The notes under the pieces: model-generated
What the model saw: only the letters and a program-made list of their open reading frames with translations
Told to the model about the DNA's origin: nothing
Database searches by the model: none
Position numbers and translations under genes: made by a program
Origin: a virus
Taxonomy: Duplodnaviria; Caudoviricetes
Virus record (IMG/VR): IMGVR_UViG_3300025120_000071
Span: 1-53,588 of that record
DNA length: 53,588 nt
Strand: one strand, 5' to 3'
Shown here: positions 38,001 through 47,189 of the stretch, piece after piece
Numbering within the stretch: position 1 is the first letter of the stretch
Layout: each line of letters opens with the position of its first letter

Positions 38001-39075
38001 AGACACGAATAAAGTAGTATCAGAAGAAACATTGCTTGAAGTTACAGCCGAACGAGTAGTTAATGTTGCGCTTATACCATTTATGAGATCACGTAAAGTA
38101 TTCTTTAAAGCACAAGGTTTAAGACCTAGCTCAACAGTGTATCCTTATTTTGACGGTGTACGTGTAGATAATTTTGTAAGAGAAGAAACATTTACACGAA
38201 TGTCAACACTTGATATTGAATATGGTAACTTACATAATCAAGCTGGAACACACCCAGAAGGATCAAGTGCGCTTACAACTGATGTTAACGGTGCAGTTGA
38301 AGGATCATTCTTTATTCCTAATACTAATGCAATCAGATTTAGGACAGGAACTTTAGAATTTAAGATATTAGACATTAGCGCTGATGATGAAAGGAATGCT
38401 GGTACAATTGCTCGAGCATTATATGCATCTACTGGATATTTAGATACAATAGATCAAGATATTAAATCTACACGTATATTAAATATTGAGCATGTACAGA
38501 CTGTACAAAATAGACCACAAATATCGTACGGCGGTGGCGGCGGCGGTGGCAAATATGGCGAGCATGGTCATACACAGGGCGCAAATTATCAAGATTACCC
38601 AGGATCTAACTCTTGGGGCTCATCATCAGGTATGAATAACACCGAAGCACACAATGGTTATGGCTATGGGTTCCATGACCAAGGTCATGGAACTTCCGGA
38701 AGTTCCAATGATGGTACAGTTCTTTGTAGCTTATTACATAGAAGAGGTTATCTAACTGAGGATATATGGCGCTTAGATGCTGCTTATGGACAAATGACTA
38801 GAGATACAGATCCAGATGTTTATGATGGTTATTACGCTTGGGCTCAACCGATAGTAGAATGGATTGAGAAAGATACAATGTTAGCAAAAATAGGATTCCA
38901 CACATTGGCACTACCATTAGTTTCTTCTTGGGCAAAACACATTGCACATAGAATGGAACCAGAAATGCATAAAGATAATAAGCTAGGAAAGTTTATACTT
39001 ACCTTTGGAACTCCGATATGTAGATTGATAGGTTCTACAATAAATAAGAATATAGGAATGGAGCCAAAGCAATGA
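35029..39075 (+). CDS. Large virion structural protein, VrlC/DUF4815-like N-part
   Basis: Y.DDF....YYR.LF..GR.LQARELTQ.Q.ILQ.Q, APGADR, LDNGQRD, RYTMKDI..LE.R, KSGFFVDNF, PFMRSR. Confidence 0.8.
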   Translation: MAITLSNTIFPSKYKDDFADSDGYYRMLFNSGRSLQARELTQMQTILQRQIERLGSHTFKEGSVVKPAEQILNNAYEFVKLDPTSNALGTTGIVGTTFTGQTSGVTARAIEGVQATGSDPDTIYFAYTNAPSSQSGTTTVRFTPGEVITNGSAVLTIQITNTVANPAVGRGTRLSLGSGIYYVQGYFVFTEAQSTIVSKYTDTPTETIGFTINEKIIDVDDDDGLYDNQGATPNVSAPGADRYQIKLSLTTETAADATLNFMPILNIQDGVVYRSTDENNTYNIIGDVVATRIKENSGNYLVKRFKVDISEDSDKDHLLLNVSDGIAVIDGYRAAKYAPTVIRMDKPATIDEIQNEVTVANYGNYVLVDATMGTNNTKGLPGINTFEKFNLRNAGGHAGSTIGTCRIRAVSEDTGTFMRYYLFDIQMLPGQNFRNTVSIGTSVNDYINLHRPLGKAILNDVFQNNALFQLPELRPQSVDDISLTAQRRFSVTTDGTGNASLSLSATGETFANVGDWFFAKADSDVFTGTVSNTGAGAAAANLGGLPASSTIEVLGYVKKGKASVRNKTLNETTVTASVVNGELLLGKADIFEVTRIRENDSDGRDFTNKFILDNGQRDNHYRNGRLNLNQGVATPSSPVFVRFKYFTHGVNGDFFAVNSYIGQVDYDKISSHTLLTGETINLRRALDFRSVMDADSDFVNSGTGARINELPQVNDTIQTDTNYYLHRGSILTINTEGNLVLIDGQDAFSPKLPPLPINSLPLYNIFLGGNTLNDSDNIIQKIDHRRYTMKDIAELEKRVDKIEEQTALNLLEIDTKNFKVLDSAGLDRTKSGFFVDNFSTQSFSAFNSTDYRASIDPLLNQLHPAFTEDNVRMIYDSAASSGVIRKGDNIYMTHSSVPYISQTKASRGVKLNPFEAVIYHGDIDLSPSSDEWRETQIRTKKIMNGGSKLNTTQAYLWNNWQWNWGGTSINDLAVGSTTNTKTTTTSAKITSDTNKVVSEETLLEVTAERVVNVALIPFMRSRKVFFKAQGLRPSSTVYPYFDGVRVDNFVREETFTRMSTLDIEYGNLHNQAGTHPEGSSALTTDVNGAVEGSFFIPNTNAIRFRTGTLEFKILDISADDERNAGTIARALYASTGYLDTIDQDIKSTRILNIEHVQTVQNRPQISYGGGGGGGKYGEHGHTQGANYQDYPGSNSWGSSSGMNNTEAHNGYGYGFHDQGHGTSGSSNDGTVLCSLLHRRGYLTEDIWRLDAAYGQMTRDTDPDVYDGYYAWAQPIVEWIEKDTMLAKIGFHTLALPLVSSWAKHIAHRMEPEMHKDNKLGKFILTFGTPICRLIGSTINKNIGMEPKQ

Positions 39076-40643
39076 GTACTTCTCTCGGATATAACATTAA
39101 TAGAAATCCTATAGCTCAATCATTTTATGTTGATGAACCAAGGGGATGTTACATAACTAAAGTAGATCTTTACTTTAGTGCTAAAGGATCGTCAGCTCCA
39201 GTTATGTTACAAATTAGACCAATGGTTAATGGGTTCCCTTCTACTACGGAGATTGTTCCTTCATCAACAGTATATGTTAATACAGCGAATGTTAACACTT
39301 CAGCTGATGTGTCTTTAGCGACAAGCTTTGAATTTGAGGAGCCAGTTTATCTAAAAGGCTTAACTGATTATTGTATTGTATGTACAACAACTGATCCGGA
39401 TTATACTATCTATATTGCACAAATCGATGAGTATGAAGTAGGAACTACTGCAAGTCGAGTTAATCGCAACCCAGCATTGGGATCTCTTTTCTATTCTCAA
39501 AATGGTGGAACTTTTAGTCCAGCTCAACACCAAGATTTAACTTTTGTAATTCATAGAGCAGAGTTTACTCCAGGAAATGCAACTGTTTCTCTTAAAAATG
39601 CACCTCTTCCTATGAAGCTACTTGACGCAGATCCAATAACAACAACAGCTAGTAGTACTACAGTACATATTGCACATGAAGGTCATGGCTTTCAAGTCAA
39701 TGATCCTGTAACTATATTAGGTATGGATTCATCAATTACTATTGGCGGATTAGCTACTACACAAATTATGGGATCAAAAACAATTAGCGCAGTCGATTGG
39801 ACTGGATATACAATTACTGCAGGTGCCGCAGCTGACTCTGATGATATTGGTGGTGGCGTAAACGTAAAAACATCTAAGAATATTCCATGGCACGTAATGT
39901 ATTTAAATCAACAAACATTAATGCCTGAAAATACTAGTGTAGCAACTGGCTTTAAAGGTACTACTGGAAAATCTTTTGCTGGAACGGAAACAGCATACCA
40001 AAAACTCTCAGACTTTGTTGCACTTAAACCAAATGACACTATATATTTTGATGTACAGCATGTAGTAGCAAATGATGTAATTGAAACATCAGAACTTGGT
40101 GCTAATGTTAAATCTTTAGAAATGCAAATGGCGCTTGGCACAGATAATAAACACGTTGCACCTATGGTTGATATGCAAAGATCATCAGCAACACTTATAA
40201 ATTACCAAATTGATAGGCAAGCTTCTGGAGTTACAACTGGATTTAATGTCCCTATTAATTATGTAGCTGAAACAAGTAAAAATAGTGGATCATCTGCAGC
40301 AAAACATATTACTCGTGTAGTTAAATTAGTAGAACCAGCGGTTGGGTTAAAAGTATTACTAGCAGCGAATAAAAGAGCCGGTGCTCATTTTGACTTGTAT
40401 TGGAGAGCATGCGAAGCAGATCAAAATATATATGATAAAGATTGGACATTAGAAGCAACAACTAGCAATAATCCTAATGCAATGAATCCATATACTTATC
40501 ACGAATACGAGTATTTGATTGGTGGTACAACTGGCACTTTACCAGAGTTTAGTAACTTTCAATTAAAAATTGTAATGGGTACAACAAATACTGCTCGAGC
40601 TCCGCGGTTTAAAGATTTAAGAACAATTGCATTGAGCGTATAA
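39072..40643 (+). CDS. Virion structural protein, VrlC-like C-part
   Basis: PIAQSF.V....G..ITKVDLYF, GSLF.SQNG.T, EYEY, F..FQLKIV, P..KDLR.IAL. Confidence 0.75.
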   Translation: MSTSLGYNINRNPIAQSFYVDEPRGCYITKVDLYFSAKGSSAPVMLQIRPMVNGFPSTTEIVPSSTVYVNTANVNTSADVSLATSFEFEEPVYLKGLTDYCIVCTTTDPDYTIYIAQIDEYEVGTTASRVNRNPALGSLFYSQNGGTFSPAQHQDLTFVIHRAEFTPGNATVSLKNAPLPMKLLDADPITTTASSTTVHIAHEGHGFQVNDPVTILGMDSSITIGGLATTQIMGSKTISAVDWTGYTITAGAAADSDDIGGGVNVKTSKNIPWHVMYLNQQTLMPENTSVATGFKGTTGKSFAGTETAYQKLSDFVALKPNDTIYFDVQHVVANDVIETSELGANVKSLEMQMALGTDNKHVAPMVDMQRSSATLINYQIDRQASGVTTGFNVPINYVAETSKNSGSSAAKHITRVVKLVEPAVGLKVLLAANKRAGAHFDLYWRACEADQNIYDKDWTLEATTSNNPNAMNPYTYHEYEYLIGGTTGTLPEFSNFQLKIVMGTTNTARAPRFKDLRTIALSV

Positions 40644-40858
40644 TGTCTGATTTTATTAATGTTGCAGGTGAAAATAGTTTAGTGCGAGATAAAGAATCTG
40701 GTGCAATATTAAATACTAACAAAAGTGAAATATATCAAGCTAAAGCAAGAAAAAAAGCTAAGGCACAAGCAAAGCATGAATTAGATAACTTAAAGCAAGA
40801 TGTTAGTGATATGAAGATTATGCTTTCAAAAATACTGGAAAAGATAGATGGCGCGTAA
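40643..40858 (+). CDS. Small coiled-coil protein following the VrlC-like genes
   Basis: V.G...LVRD..SGAILN...LK.DV.DMK.ML. Confidence 0.7.
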   Translation: MSDFINVAGENSLVRDKESGAILNTNKSEIYQAKARKKAKAQAKHELDNLKQDVSDMKIMLSKILEKIDGA

Positions 40859-41735
40859 AGTCAATTATAATACTACTGATACTCTATCTACTTTTCAAAC
40901 GAAAGTAAATTTAGAAGCAGATTATGTTGGTGATCTAGACGATCTTAATGCACAGCTTAAATTTGGTGCACTTTTTTACACGCCAGGTATTCTTGATTCT
41001 GCACAAGGTGGTTTTGCACACCAACATTCTAATAGATCCATGTCATTAATAAATGCTCTTAATGCGATTGAAAGCGGATATGAGTATGTTCATGGATTAT
41101 TCAATGATTCTACTGGTGTACTAAATGTACATAATCTTCTTGCAGATTCTGGTCAATTTAATAAAGTTAGAACCGGAACTCTTATTACTGATAGTGACTT
41201 TTTAATTTTAGATAGCGCTACATTTACTACAGTAGTAGGACGATCATTAATTTTTGATAGTGCCCACATTGATAGTGCTAGGATTGATTTTGTTTCTGGT
41301 AAAGTTTTAAACTACGATAGTGGATTCAGATTAATTAACCAAGGACCTACTGGCGTTCTGGCGATCGTACATGGTGTTCCAGCATATTGGCCAGGAGCTG
41401 GAGATTTTAATATATTAAGATTTGACAGTGGATTAACTGCTGACAGCGGAGCTTTTACTAATTTATCTGGTATTAATCTAAATTATGATAGCTCAACACT
41501 TGATACTTTGAGCGTTGATAGTGTACATCTACCAAATAACACGTATATGAATGAGTTGTTATTAGAAAGTTCTACATTTGATCAATTGAACTTTGACAGT
41601 ATTGGCATTACAGATCTTAAAAAATTAGTGTTAACTGGTAGATCACCACTTGATTCTTCTACTTCTGCAGCTGTAGGTTCTATTGTGTTAGCTGGACATT
41701 TAGTATCTACCAATAATGACTCAGCAATATTATAA
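40848..41735 (+). CDS. Putative fibre protein with DSA repeats
   Basis: MARK...DT..TF..KVN...VGDLDDL N-terminus; 15 Asp-Ser dipeptides. Confidence 0.6.
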   Translation: MARKVNYNTTDTLSTFQTKVNLEADYVGDLDDLNAQLKFGALFYTPGILDSAQGGFAHQHSNRSMSLINALNAIESGYEYVHGLFNDSTGVLNVHNLLADSGQFNKVRTGTLITDSDFLILDSATFTTVVGRSLIFDSAHIDSARIDFVSGKVLNYDSGFRLINQGPTGVLAIVHGVPAYWPGAGDFNILRFDSGLTADSGAFTNLSGINLNYDSSTLDTLSVDSVHLPNNTYMNELLLESSTFDQLNFDSIGITDLKKLVLTGRSPLDSSTSAAVGSIVLAGHLVSTNNDSAIL

Positions 41736-41738
41736 ATA
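41731..41738 (+). promoter_or_regulatory. T4-type late promoter
   Basis: TATAAATA overlapping the upstream stop codon. Confidence 0.75.
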
Positions 41739-41755
41739 GGTTTTAGAGGTAAACT

Positions 41756-42496
41756 ATGGCACGTAAAATAAAAGTAAATACAAATGATGCTATTGGAAGT
41801 ATGGTTTCCAAGCTTAATACTATGTCCAATTATCTTGGTGACCTCGATGATCTAGACTCAAGTTTTAAGATAAGTCAATATGTTGATAGCCCTGATGTTG
41901 GTCACTATGATGATTCAAGTTTTGTAAAAGCTATTAATCATTTGAATTACGAGCTTGACAGTATGAATTCATACTTGACAAGTGGTACAGCTACTATAAG
42001 AGTAGGTGGCATTATAGGTGATAGTGCTACATTTACTCGATTAACAGTTGGAGAACTTATCGTTGATAGTGCTACAATTGATTCTGCCACAGTAACATTA
42101 TTAAGAGGTGCCAGTCTAAGGTATGATAGTGCTACATTTGATTCTGCAAGAATTACTAATCTATCTGGTATTAATATTAATTATGATTCAGCTGATTTTT
42201 CAATTATAAAATCTACTGCAATTTTTGGTGACTCTGCTAGAATTACTAGCATTTCTGGTACCGGAGATTTTAACTTTGCCAATGGTCATATATCAAATTT
42301 ATATGTAGATAGTGCTGGAATTGTAAATGCAAGCGTTGAAAACTTTGATGCCAATATTGCAAACATTAGTAATATACTTTCAATGGATGGTGTAGATATG
42401 ACAGATGTCCATCAGTTTACTATTAGAGATTCACTCGGAGCTATTCTATTAGGTGGATATTTGATGTCTACAGATTCTGCACTAAGCATACCATAA
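41756..42496 (+). CDS. Putative fibre protein with DSA repeats (paralog of 40848)
   Basis: Shares MARK, GDLDDL, TNLSGIN.NYDS and the C-terminal I.L.G.L.ST; 14 Asp-Ser dipeptides. Confidence 0.6.
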   Translation: MARKIKVNTNDAIGSMVSKLNTMSNYLGDLDDLDSSFKISQYVDSPDVGHYDDSSFVKAINHLNYELDSMNSYLTSGTATIRVGGIIGDSATFTRLTVGELIVDSATIDSATVTLLRGASLRYDSATFDSARITNLSGININYDSADFSIIKSTAIFGDSARITSISGTGDFNFANGHISNLYVDSAGIVNASVENFDANIANISNILSMDGVDMTDVHQFTIRDSLGAILLGGYLMSTDSALSIP

Positions 42497-42505
42497 GGAC
42501 ATATA

Positions 42506-43483
42506 ATGGCTATAAGACGACCACTAAAAAGGTATGGCCTTTCTGGGTTACAGGAAATGACTGCAGCTGAGGTAACTGCACTAATAAACTATGCAGTTTT
42601 TAAGTATGGTCAATCTCCTGCAGTTTTATTAAATGTGCAGGCTAGTGGTAACTTAGGAAATATTTCAGATACTCGTAAAAAAGCTGGTGCGGCATCATCT
42701 CAAACAGGTGGAGCTTGGCCAGCATCACAAACATACCCGCCTGAATCAACAACTGGAGAACCTGGAACAGTAACAGTTCAATGGAATAAAGTTCAGCAAA
42801 GTTATGTTAGTCCTTTAGACCCAACTTTATCCACTAATCTTAATCCATGTTATTATGATCCTATTACCGGTATTACTGAAATGACTGCAGCAGATATGAG
42901 AGATACATTTATTGGTCCAGCAATTGATATTATCACCGCATCTACTGTTAGTGCATCTACTGCTGGAACTTATTTTGTATCGACAAGTTCTTCTGAAACA
43001 GATTGCACAGCGAAAGGTATAGTTTTTGTTGATACGCGGGCCAATACTTCTTTATATTCTGCTAGCGGAATTCCTGAAGACCGTGACCAACCTCAAGATA
43101 TTCAGAATTATTATTTGCATTTAAGAAATAATACCGCAACAAATCCAGAGCCATTGCCATCAAATAGTAGACCGGTCAGAATTTATTATAATGGCACTAA
43201 CGCTGAAGGCGTACAAGAAATACCTCAATACGGAACTTATAGTATGAATACGCTATTTCTATACTATATGCAATGGTACACTGTTAATGTACCGGGATAT
43301 AGAATTTCGTATAACTGGAGCGGTAGTGGCAATAGCCGAGGTTCAATGACAGATACTATTCTAAATGGTAATGGTAACTATCAGCAATATCAGGCGAATG
43401 CTAATGACTATCGTGCACAAGAGTTTCCTAATGGATCAGCCGTTACCGCGCAAACACATACACTAAAAATTCTTAGGAGTTAA
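42506..43483 (+). CDS. Putative virion structural protein
   Basis: Late operon; S/T/G/N-rich; internal repeats EMTAA and DTR; YRAQEFP.G C-terminus. Confidence 0.6.
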   Translation: MAIRRPLKRYGLSGLQEMTAAEVTALINYAVFKYGQSPAVLLNVQASGNLGNISDTRKKAGAASSQTGGAWPASQTYPPESTTGEPGTVTVQWNKVQQSYVSPLDPTLSTNLNPCYYDPITGITEMTAADMRDTFIGPAIDIITASTVSASTAGTYFVSTSSSETDCTAKGIVFVDTRANTSLYSASGIPEDRDQPQDIQNYYLHLRNNTATNPEPLPSNSRPVRIYYNGTNAEGVQEIPQYGTYSMNTLFLYYMQWYTVNVPGYRISYNWSGSGNSRGSMTDTILNGNGNYQQYQANANDYRAQEFPNGSAVTAQTHTLKILRS

Positions 43484-43487
43484 AATA

Positions 43488-43982
43488 ATGAGATTTATCG
43501 ATGCATATTTTACTAACAATGAAAGAACTGTTGTAAGTATACTGTGGGAAAATGATAAGAAAGAAGTAGTAGAAGAAACAGTCTTGGCAGAAGCAAATGA
43601 GGCTGGCTGGGAAAATCTTTTGAATCAACCTGAAGTTACTATTGATAAGTTACATGAAAGAACTGTAAATAGGAATAGAGAACAGCGCGCTATTTTCGAA
43701 GAACAGGTATTAGAAATTGCTAAACGTGACGGATTAATTTACGACGGTGATATAGTTAATACCGATTTGTATAAAATGTTTGTAAAAGCTATTTTTAATA
43801 CCGAACTTACAGAAAAAGAAGTAAAAGAACAACTCTTTATGTTTAAACTAGCATTATTTGAATTAGATAAAATTAAAGAGTCCGATAATCGTGAAATGAA
43901 AGCGGCATTACGAAAAGCTGAAACTCTACCAGTTGCTTTGAAAATTGGATGTGAATTATTCGAGAGCGACCTCTCTTCTTAA
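43488..43982 (+). CDS. Hypothetical acidic protein
   Basis: AGGAG RBS; last gene of the late operon. Confidence 0.65.
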   Translation: MRFIDAYFTNNERTVVSILWENDKKEVVEETVLAEANEAGWENLLNQPEVTIDKLHERTVNRNREQRAIFEEQVLEIAKRDGLIYDGDIVNTDLYKMFVKAIFNTELTEKEVKEQLFMFKLALFELDKIKESDNREMKAALRKAETLPVALKIGCELFESDLSS

Positions 43983-45038
43983 TTGAAATTGATTAGCTTT
44001 TCTAAGTTGTGTACTACATTGCTTTCTACATATTCCTGTAGGGTTATTACTAATACTTTCTTGTAAAGTTTTTGTATACCATTCGCTTTTAATTATATCT
44101 TTAAGTGGTGTAAATTTAATATTATGAAGTAAAGCATTAGCTTTGAAATCTTTAACTAATTCAATTTCATTAAAACTTGGTCTATATTGGCTATAGACCG
44201 ATGCGCCAAAATAACAACACGGCCACACTAATCCGTCAAAATTAATATTCAAGTTATTAGTAACTGCCCACTTACAAATTATCTCATTGCTTAAATTAAT
44301 ATTTTCACCTAAAGGCACTTGAGTATTTGTCCACGGTTTATCAGCCCATTCTAATATTACTTCGTTATTATTTTCATCTAAAAACTTATATGGTTTATAG
44401 TTGCCATTTTTGTCTTGCTTAAATCTATCACTCTTTACAAATGCATTATTTTGGCTACCATAAGATTTTGTTAATTCTTTAATTTCTTCCATATAATCTT
44501 GATTATGTTTAAAGATAATACTTTGAGATCTAGTTATAGATTTTCCGTTATCACTAAACGCTTTCATATTATCTAAAACTTTTTGTAATTTAGTATTTCT
44601 TCTATACATAGAATGCATTTCTTGATTAATACCATCAATATCAAATATTGTAATGAAATTTTTTCTATGATGTTTTAAAGCTAATCCACCTAACCACCAC
44701 CAATATTCTTCTGTACGCATTGATCCATTAGTAATATTAGTAAGAGTTGCATCGACTGGTAACATTTCTAATAAATGGTCTATAATTTCATATGCATCTG
44801 GATTCATCATAGGGTCTCCCCACGTTGGCGAAAAAGTAATTGATTTAACATTTTTCAATTGCTCTTTTGTATATACTGATTTTACGGCATCAATACTCCA
44901 GTGCATTAGTGGTATGTTTTCTCTTTTCTTTAACCCACCAGAAGTATGATCGGTACGAGCACATTGCGGACATTTGGCATTACAGTGTGTTGTAAAATCT
45001 AATACAAGACTTATATCTTTATTTTTCCATTTATGCAT
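43956..45038 (-). CDS. Radical SAM enzyme with SPASM/twitch-like domain
   Basis: CNAKCPQC, GDPMM, TNGS, IDG, YRR; C-terminal DGLVWPCC...CRKQC. Confidence 0.9.
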   Translation of the reverse strand: MHKWKNKDISLVLDFTTHCNAKCPQCARTDHTSGGLKKRENIPLMHWSIDAVKSVYTKEQLKNVKSITFSPTWGDPMMNPDAYEIIDHLLEMLPVDATLTNITNGSMRTEEYWWWLGGLALKHHRKNFITIFDIDGINQEMHSMYRRNTKLQKVLDNMKAFSDNGKSITRSQSIIFKHNQDYMEEIKELTKSYGSQNNAFVKSDRFKQDKNGNYKPYKFLDENNNEVILEWADKPWTNTQVPLGENINLSNEIICKWAVTNNLNINFDGLVWPCCYFGASVYSQYRPSFNEIELVKDFKANALLHNIKFTPLKDIIKSEWYTKTLQESISNNPTGICRKQCSTQLRKANQFQLRREVALE

Positions 45039-45813
45039 TTAGTATTATTCCAAAGTCTTTATTAACGACATGATAGAAATGCGCGCCGGCCGATACATCT
45101 CTGTGTGTATTATCTAATATAAAATTCCATTGCAATCCTATATTAGTATATGGAAGATTATATCTTTCTATTATATATGTTAAATAGACTTCATTGTTTG
45201 GTTTCCACTTACTACTTATTTCAGTAGGATATAGATTATCTTCTTTTGCCTTATGATATACATCATAACATTTAGAAAAATCCATCAATCGCGCTGATTT
45301 TTTATTAACGCCAATTACACCAGTATTAATAACTAGATTGCTGTTGTTAATATCATCTAAAAGCAACATTGCGTTTTTACAACATGCTTTTAAATACATA
45401 TCCATAGGATGCCAATTATCATCTTTCGTTCTGTATCCACGTACTTCATCTGGTATTGTTGTATCAATGTTATAAACACAAATTGTATTAAGATCGAAAT
45501 GCTCGAAAAAAGATAGATGTGTATTAATAATTACATCAAAGTCAAGATACAACACTTCATCATACTCTTGTGTTAACTTTTTTATCATACTTATTTTTTG
45601 AAATTGTATAACATCATAGCTGCTTTCAACATCTGTAAATAATTTATAATCAGCACCGCATAACTTAGCATAGGCCTGATGATTGCCTATGATTTGTTCT
45701 TTATATTTTTTAAATTGATTGCGCTTATATGAAGGAGCAGATGTGTGTTTATCTATATCTTCTCGATAAATGCTAAAGATTATTCGTTTCACACCAATTC
45801 CTAACATATTCAA
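45031..45813 (-). CDS. GT-A fold glycosyltransferase-like (likely start GTG 45792)
   Basis: YA..CGADY, VLYLDFD, INTGV, NNE, WN, FYH. Confidence 0.7.
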   Translation of the reverse strand: MNMLGIGVKRIIFSIYREDIDKHTSAPSYKRNQFKKYKEQIIGNHQAYAKLCGADYKLFTDVESSYDVIQFQKISMIKKLTQEYDEVLYLDFDVIINTHLSFFEHFDLNTICVYNIDTTIPDEVRGYRTKDDNWHPMDMYLKACCKNAMLLLDDINNSNLVINTGVIGVNKKSARLMDFSKCYDVYHKAKEDNLYPTEISSKWKPNNEVYLTYIIERYNLPYTNIGLQWNFILDNTHRDVSAGAHFYHVVNKDFGIILNA

Positions 45814-46546
45814 AGTCTTTATTGATGCAATGAATAAACTTAGTATTAGAAGGTATGTAACTAAATTTATCCATAAAATAGTGCCAACCGGTTTGATATA
45901 GATTCTGATACTCTTTTATTTTACACGCAAAAATAGTTTCATTGTCATATCCAAATAAGTTACGTATGTCTTCTGGCCAGAAATCATCTTCTTTTAGTTC
46001 TTTCATTTCTTGTAATATTGTATGAAGCTCTCCAAAATAATCAAGTGCACTTAAATCATTTTTATATGCGCCAACAATGCCGGTATTAAAAACTTCTTTT
46101 GTATGTCCCATCGCTCTGGCATTCCAATATTTAGCCAATGGAGATCGAATACTGTGACTGCTTCTATTAATATCTTTGAATCTCCAGTCTTCAGACATAA
46201 CTGCAATACCTTTTGATAGATCCCATTCTTCAAAGAAGTTTAGTTTTGTTACAGGTATAACATCCATATCTAAGTAAAGTATTTCATCATGTTCAAGTTT
46301 ATATAACAAAAACATTTTATAAAAATTTATAATGTTATATTCAGATATATCTGGACCGAACTGTTTACTAAATTCTATATAGTCATCATCATAAGTAAAG
46401 TGTTTATATTCTACGCCACAATGATTTGCATATTGTTGCTGTCGTTCTAGCAACCAAGAATAGTTTTGGTTAAACTTATCTTTATTTTCAAAGTGAGATA
46501 CAGGTTTTTGTATATCGATATAAAGACTATAGATTATTTTAGACAA
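45773..46546 (-). CDS. GT-A fold glycosyltransferase-like (tandem paralog)
   Basis: YA..CGVEY, ILYLDMD, FNTGI, DNE, FIH.INKDF. Confidence 0.7.
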   Translation of the reverse strand: MSKIIYSLYIDIQKPVSHFENKDKFNQNYSWLLERQQQYANHCGVEYKHFTYDDDYIEFSKQFGPDISEYNIINFYKMFLLYKLEHDEILYLDMDVIPVTKLNFFEEWDLSKGIAVMSEDWRFKDINRSSHSIRSPLAKYWNARAMGHTKEVFNTGIVGAYKNDLSALDYFGELHTILQEMKELKEDDFWPEDIRNLFGYDNETIFACKIKEYQNLYQTGWHYFMDKFSYIPSNTKFIHCINKDFEYVRNWCETNNL

Positions 46547-47189
46547 GACCTATTACCATATATCTTTCATAATTGTTTGACATTACTTTAGTGCCTTTAT
46601 ATATGATACGTGATAATCCAGATTTTTTTACGAAATCGTCTTCACTAATACTACAATTTATGTGATCATCAACATAGAACATGTTATTACTCTGCAAGGC
46701 GAATATACATGTTTTTATATATTTTTTATTAGCAATCAATTCAGGTAAATCTGGCATGTGTTCTGATGATGTATTAATAACTAAATCAGTTCTTTCCCAG
46801 TCCGGAGTTTTCTCTATAGTTTTTACATCTCCATAGGTTGCTTTATATTTTTTATTTTTATAATAACACATTTTTGCAAATGCTTTAAGTGCTTTTTTAT
46901 CTAAATCAATATTTTCTAGTAATCCTATTCCTATGCTATCTTCTAAAAAATCTATAAGAGGGTAACCTAGCCATCCTCCATATAATTGGATAATAGTATT
47001 ATCGAAAGGAAGAAAGCTTCCTCTCATCTTCTTCAATTCATCAGCTAGCCATTTTTTACATTTTAGTTGATCTGGTGATAAACTTATAATCGCTTGTTCA
47101 AAATTGTATTCCATTTTGCTTAGTTCACGCAGAAATTTCCAGTAAAATGGATCAATAATATTGTTCAAAACCTCTGTATCCTTCATCAT
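46539..47189 (-). CDS. SAM-dependent methyltransferase-like protein
   Basis: K.WL, LYGGWLG, NIDLD, DLVINTSSEH, LQSNN, HINC. Confidence 0.6.
   Translation of the reverse strand: MMKDTEVLNNIIDPFYWKFLRELSKMEYNFEQAIISLSPDQLKCKKWLADELKKMRGSFLPFDNTIIQLYGGWLGYPLIDFLEDSIGIGLLENIDLDKKALKAFAKMCYYKNKKYKATYGDVKTIEKTPDWERTDLVINTSSEHMPDLPELIANKKYIKTCIFALQSNNMFYVDDHINCSISEDDFVKKSGLSRIIYKGTKVMSNNYERYMVIGLV

Noticed and set aside
38527-38556. GC-rich GGC/GGT run
   Set aside because: Encodes a poly-Gly linker; not a separate element
24446-40643. Stop-codon reassignment or introns explaining the split gp5 and VrlC-like genes
   Set aside because: Junctions are overlapping stop/start pairs in different frames with no intervening sequence; the standard code gives dense coding
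32794-42496. DS repeats as DNA tandem repeats or diversity-generating retroelement targets
   Set aside because: Codons vary between copies, no template/variable repeat pair was seen, and there is no reverse transcriptase in the window
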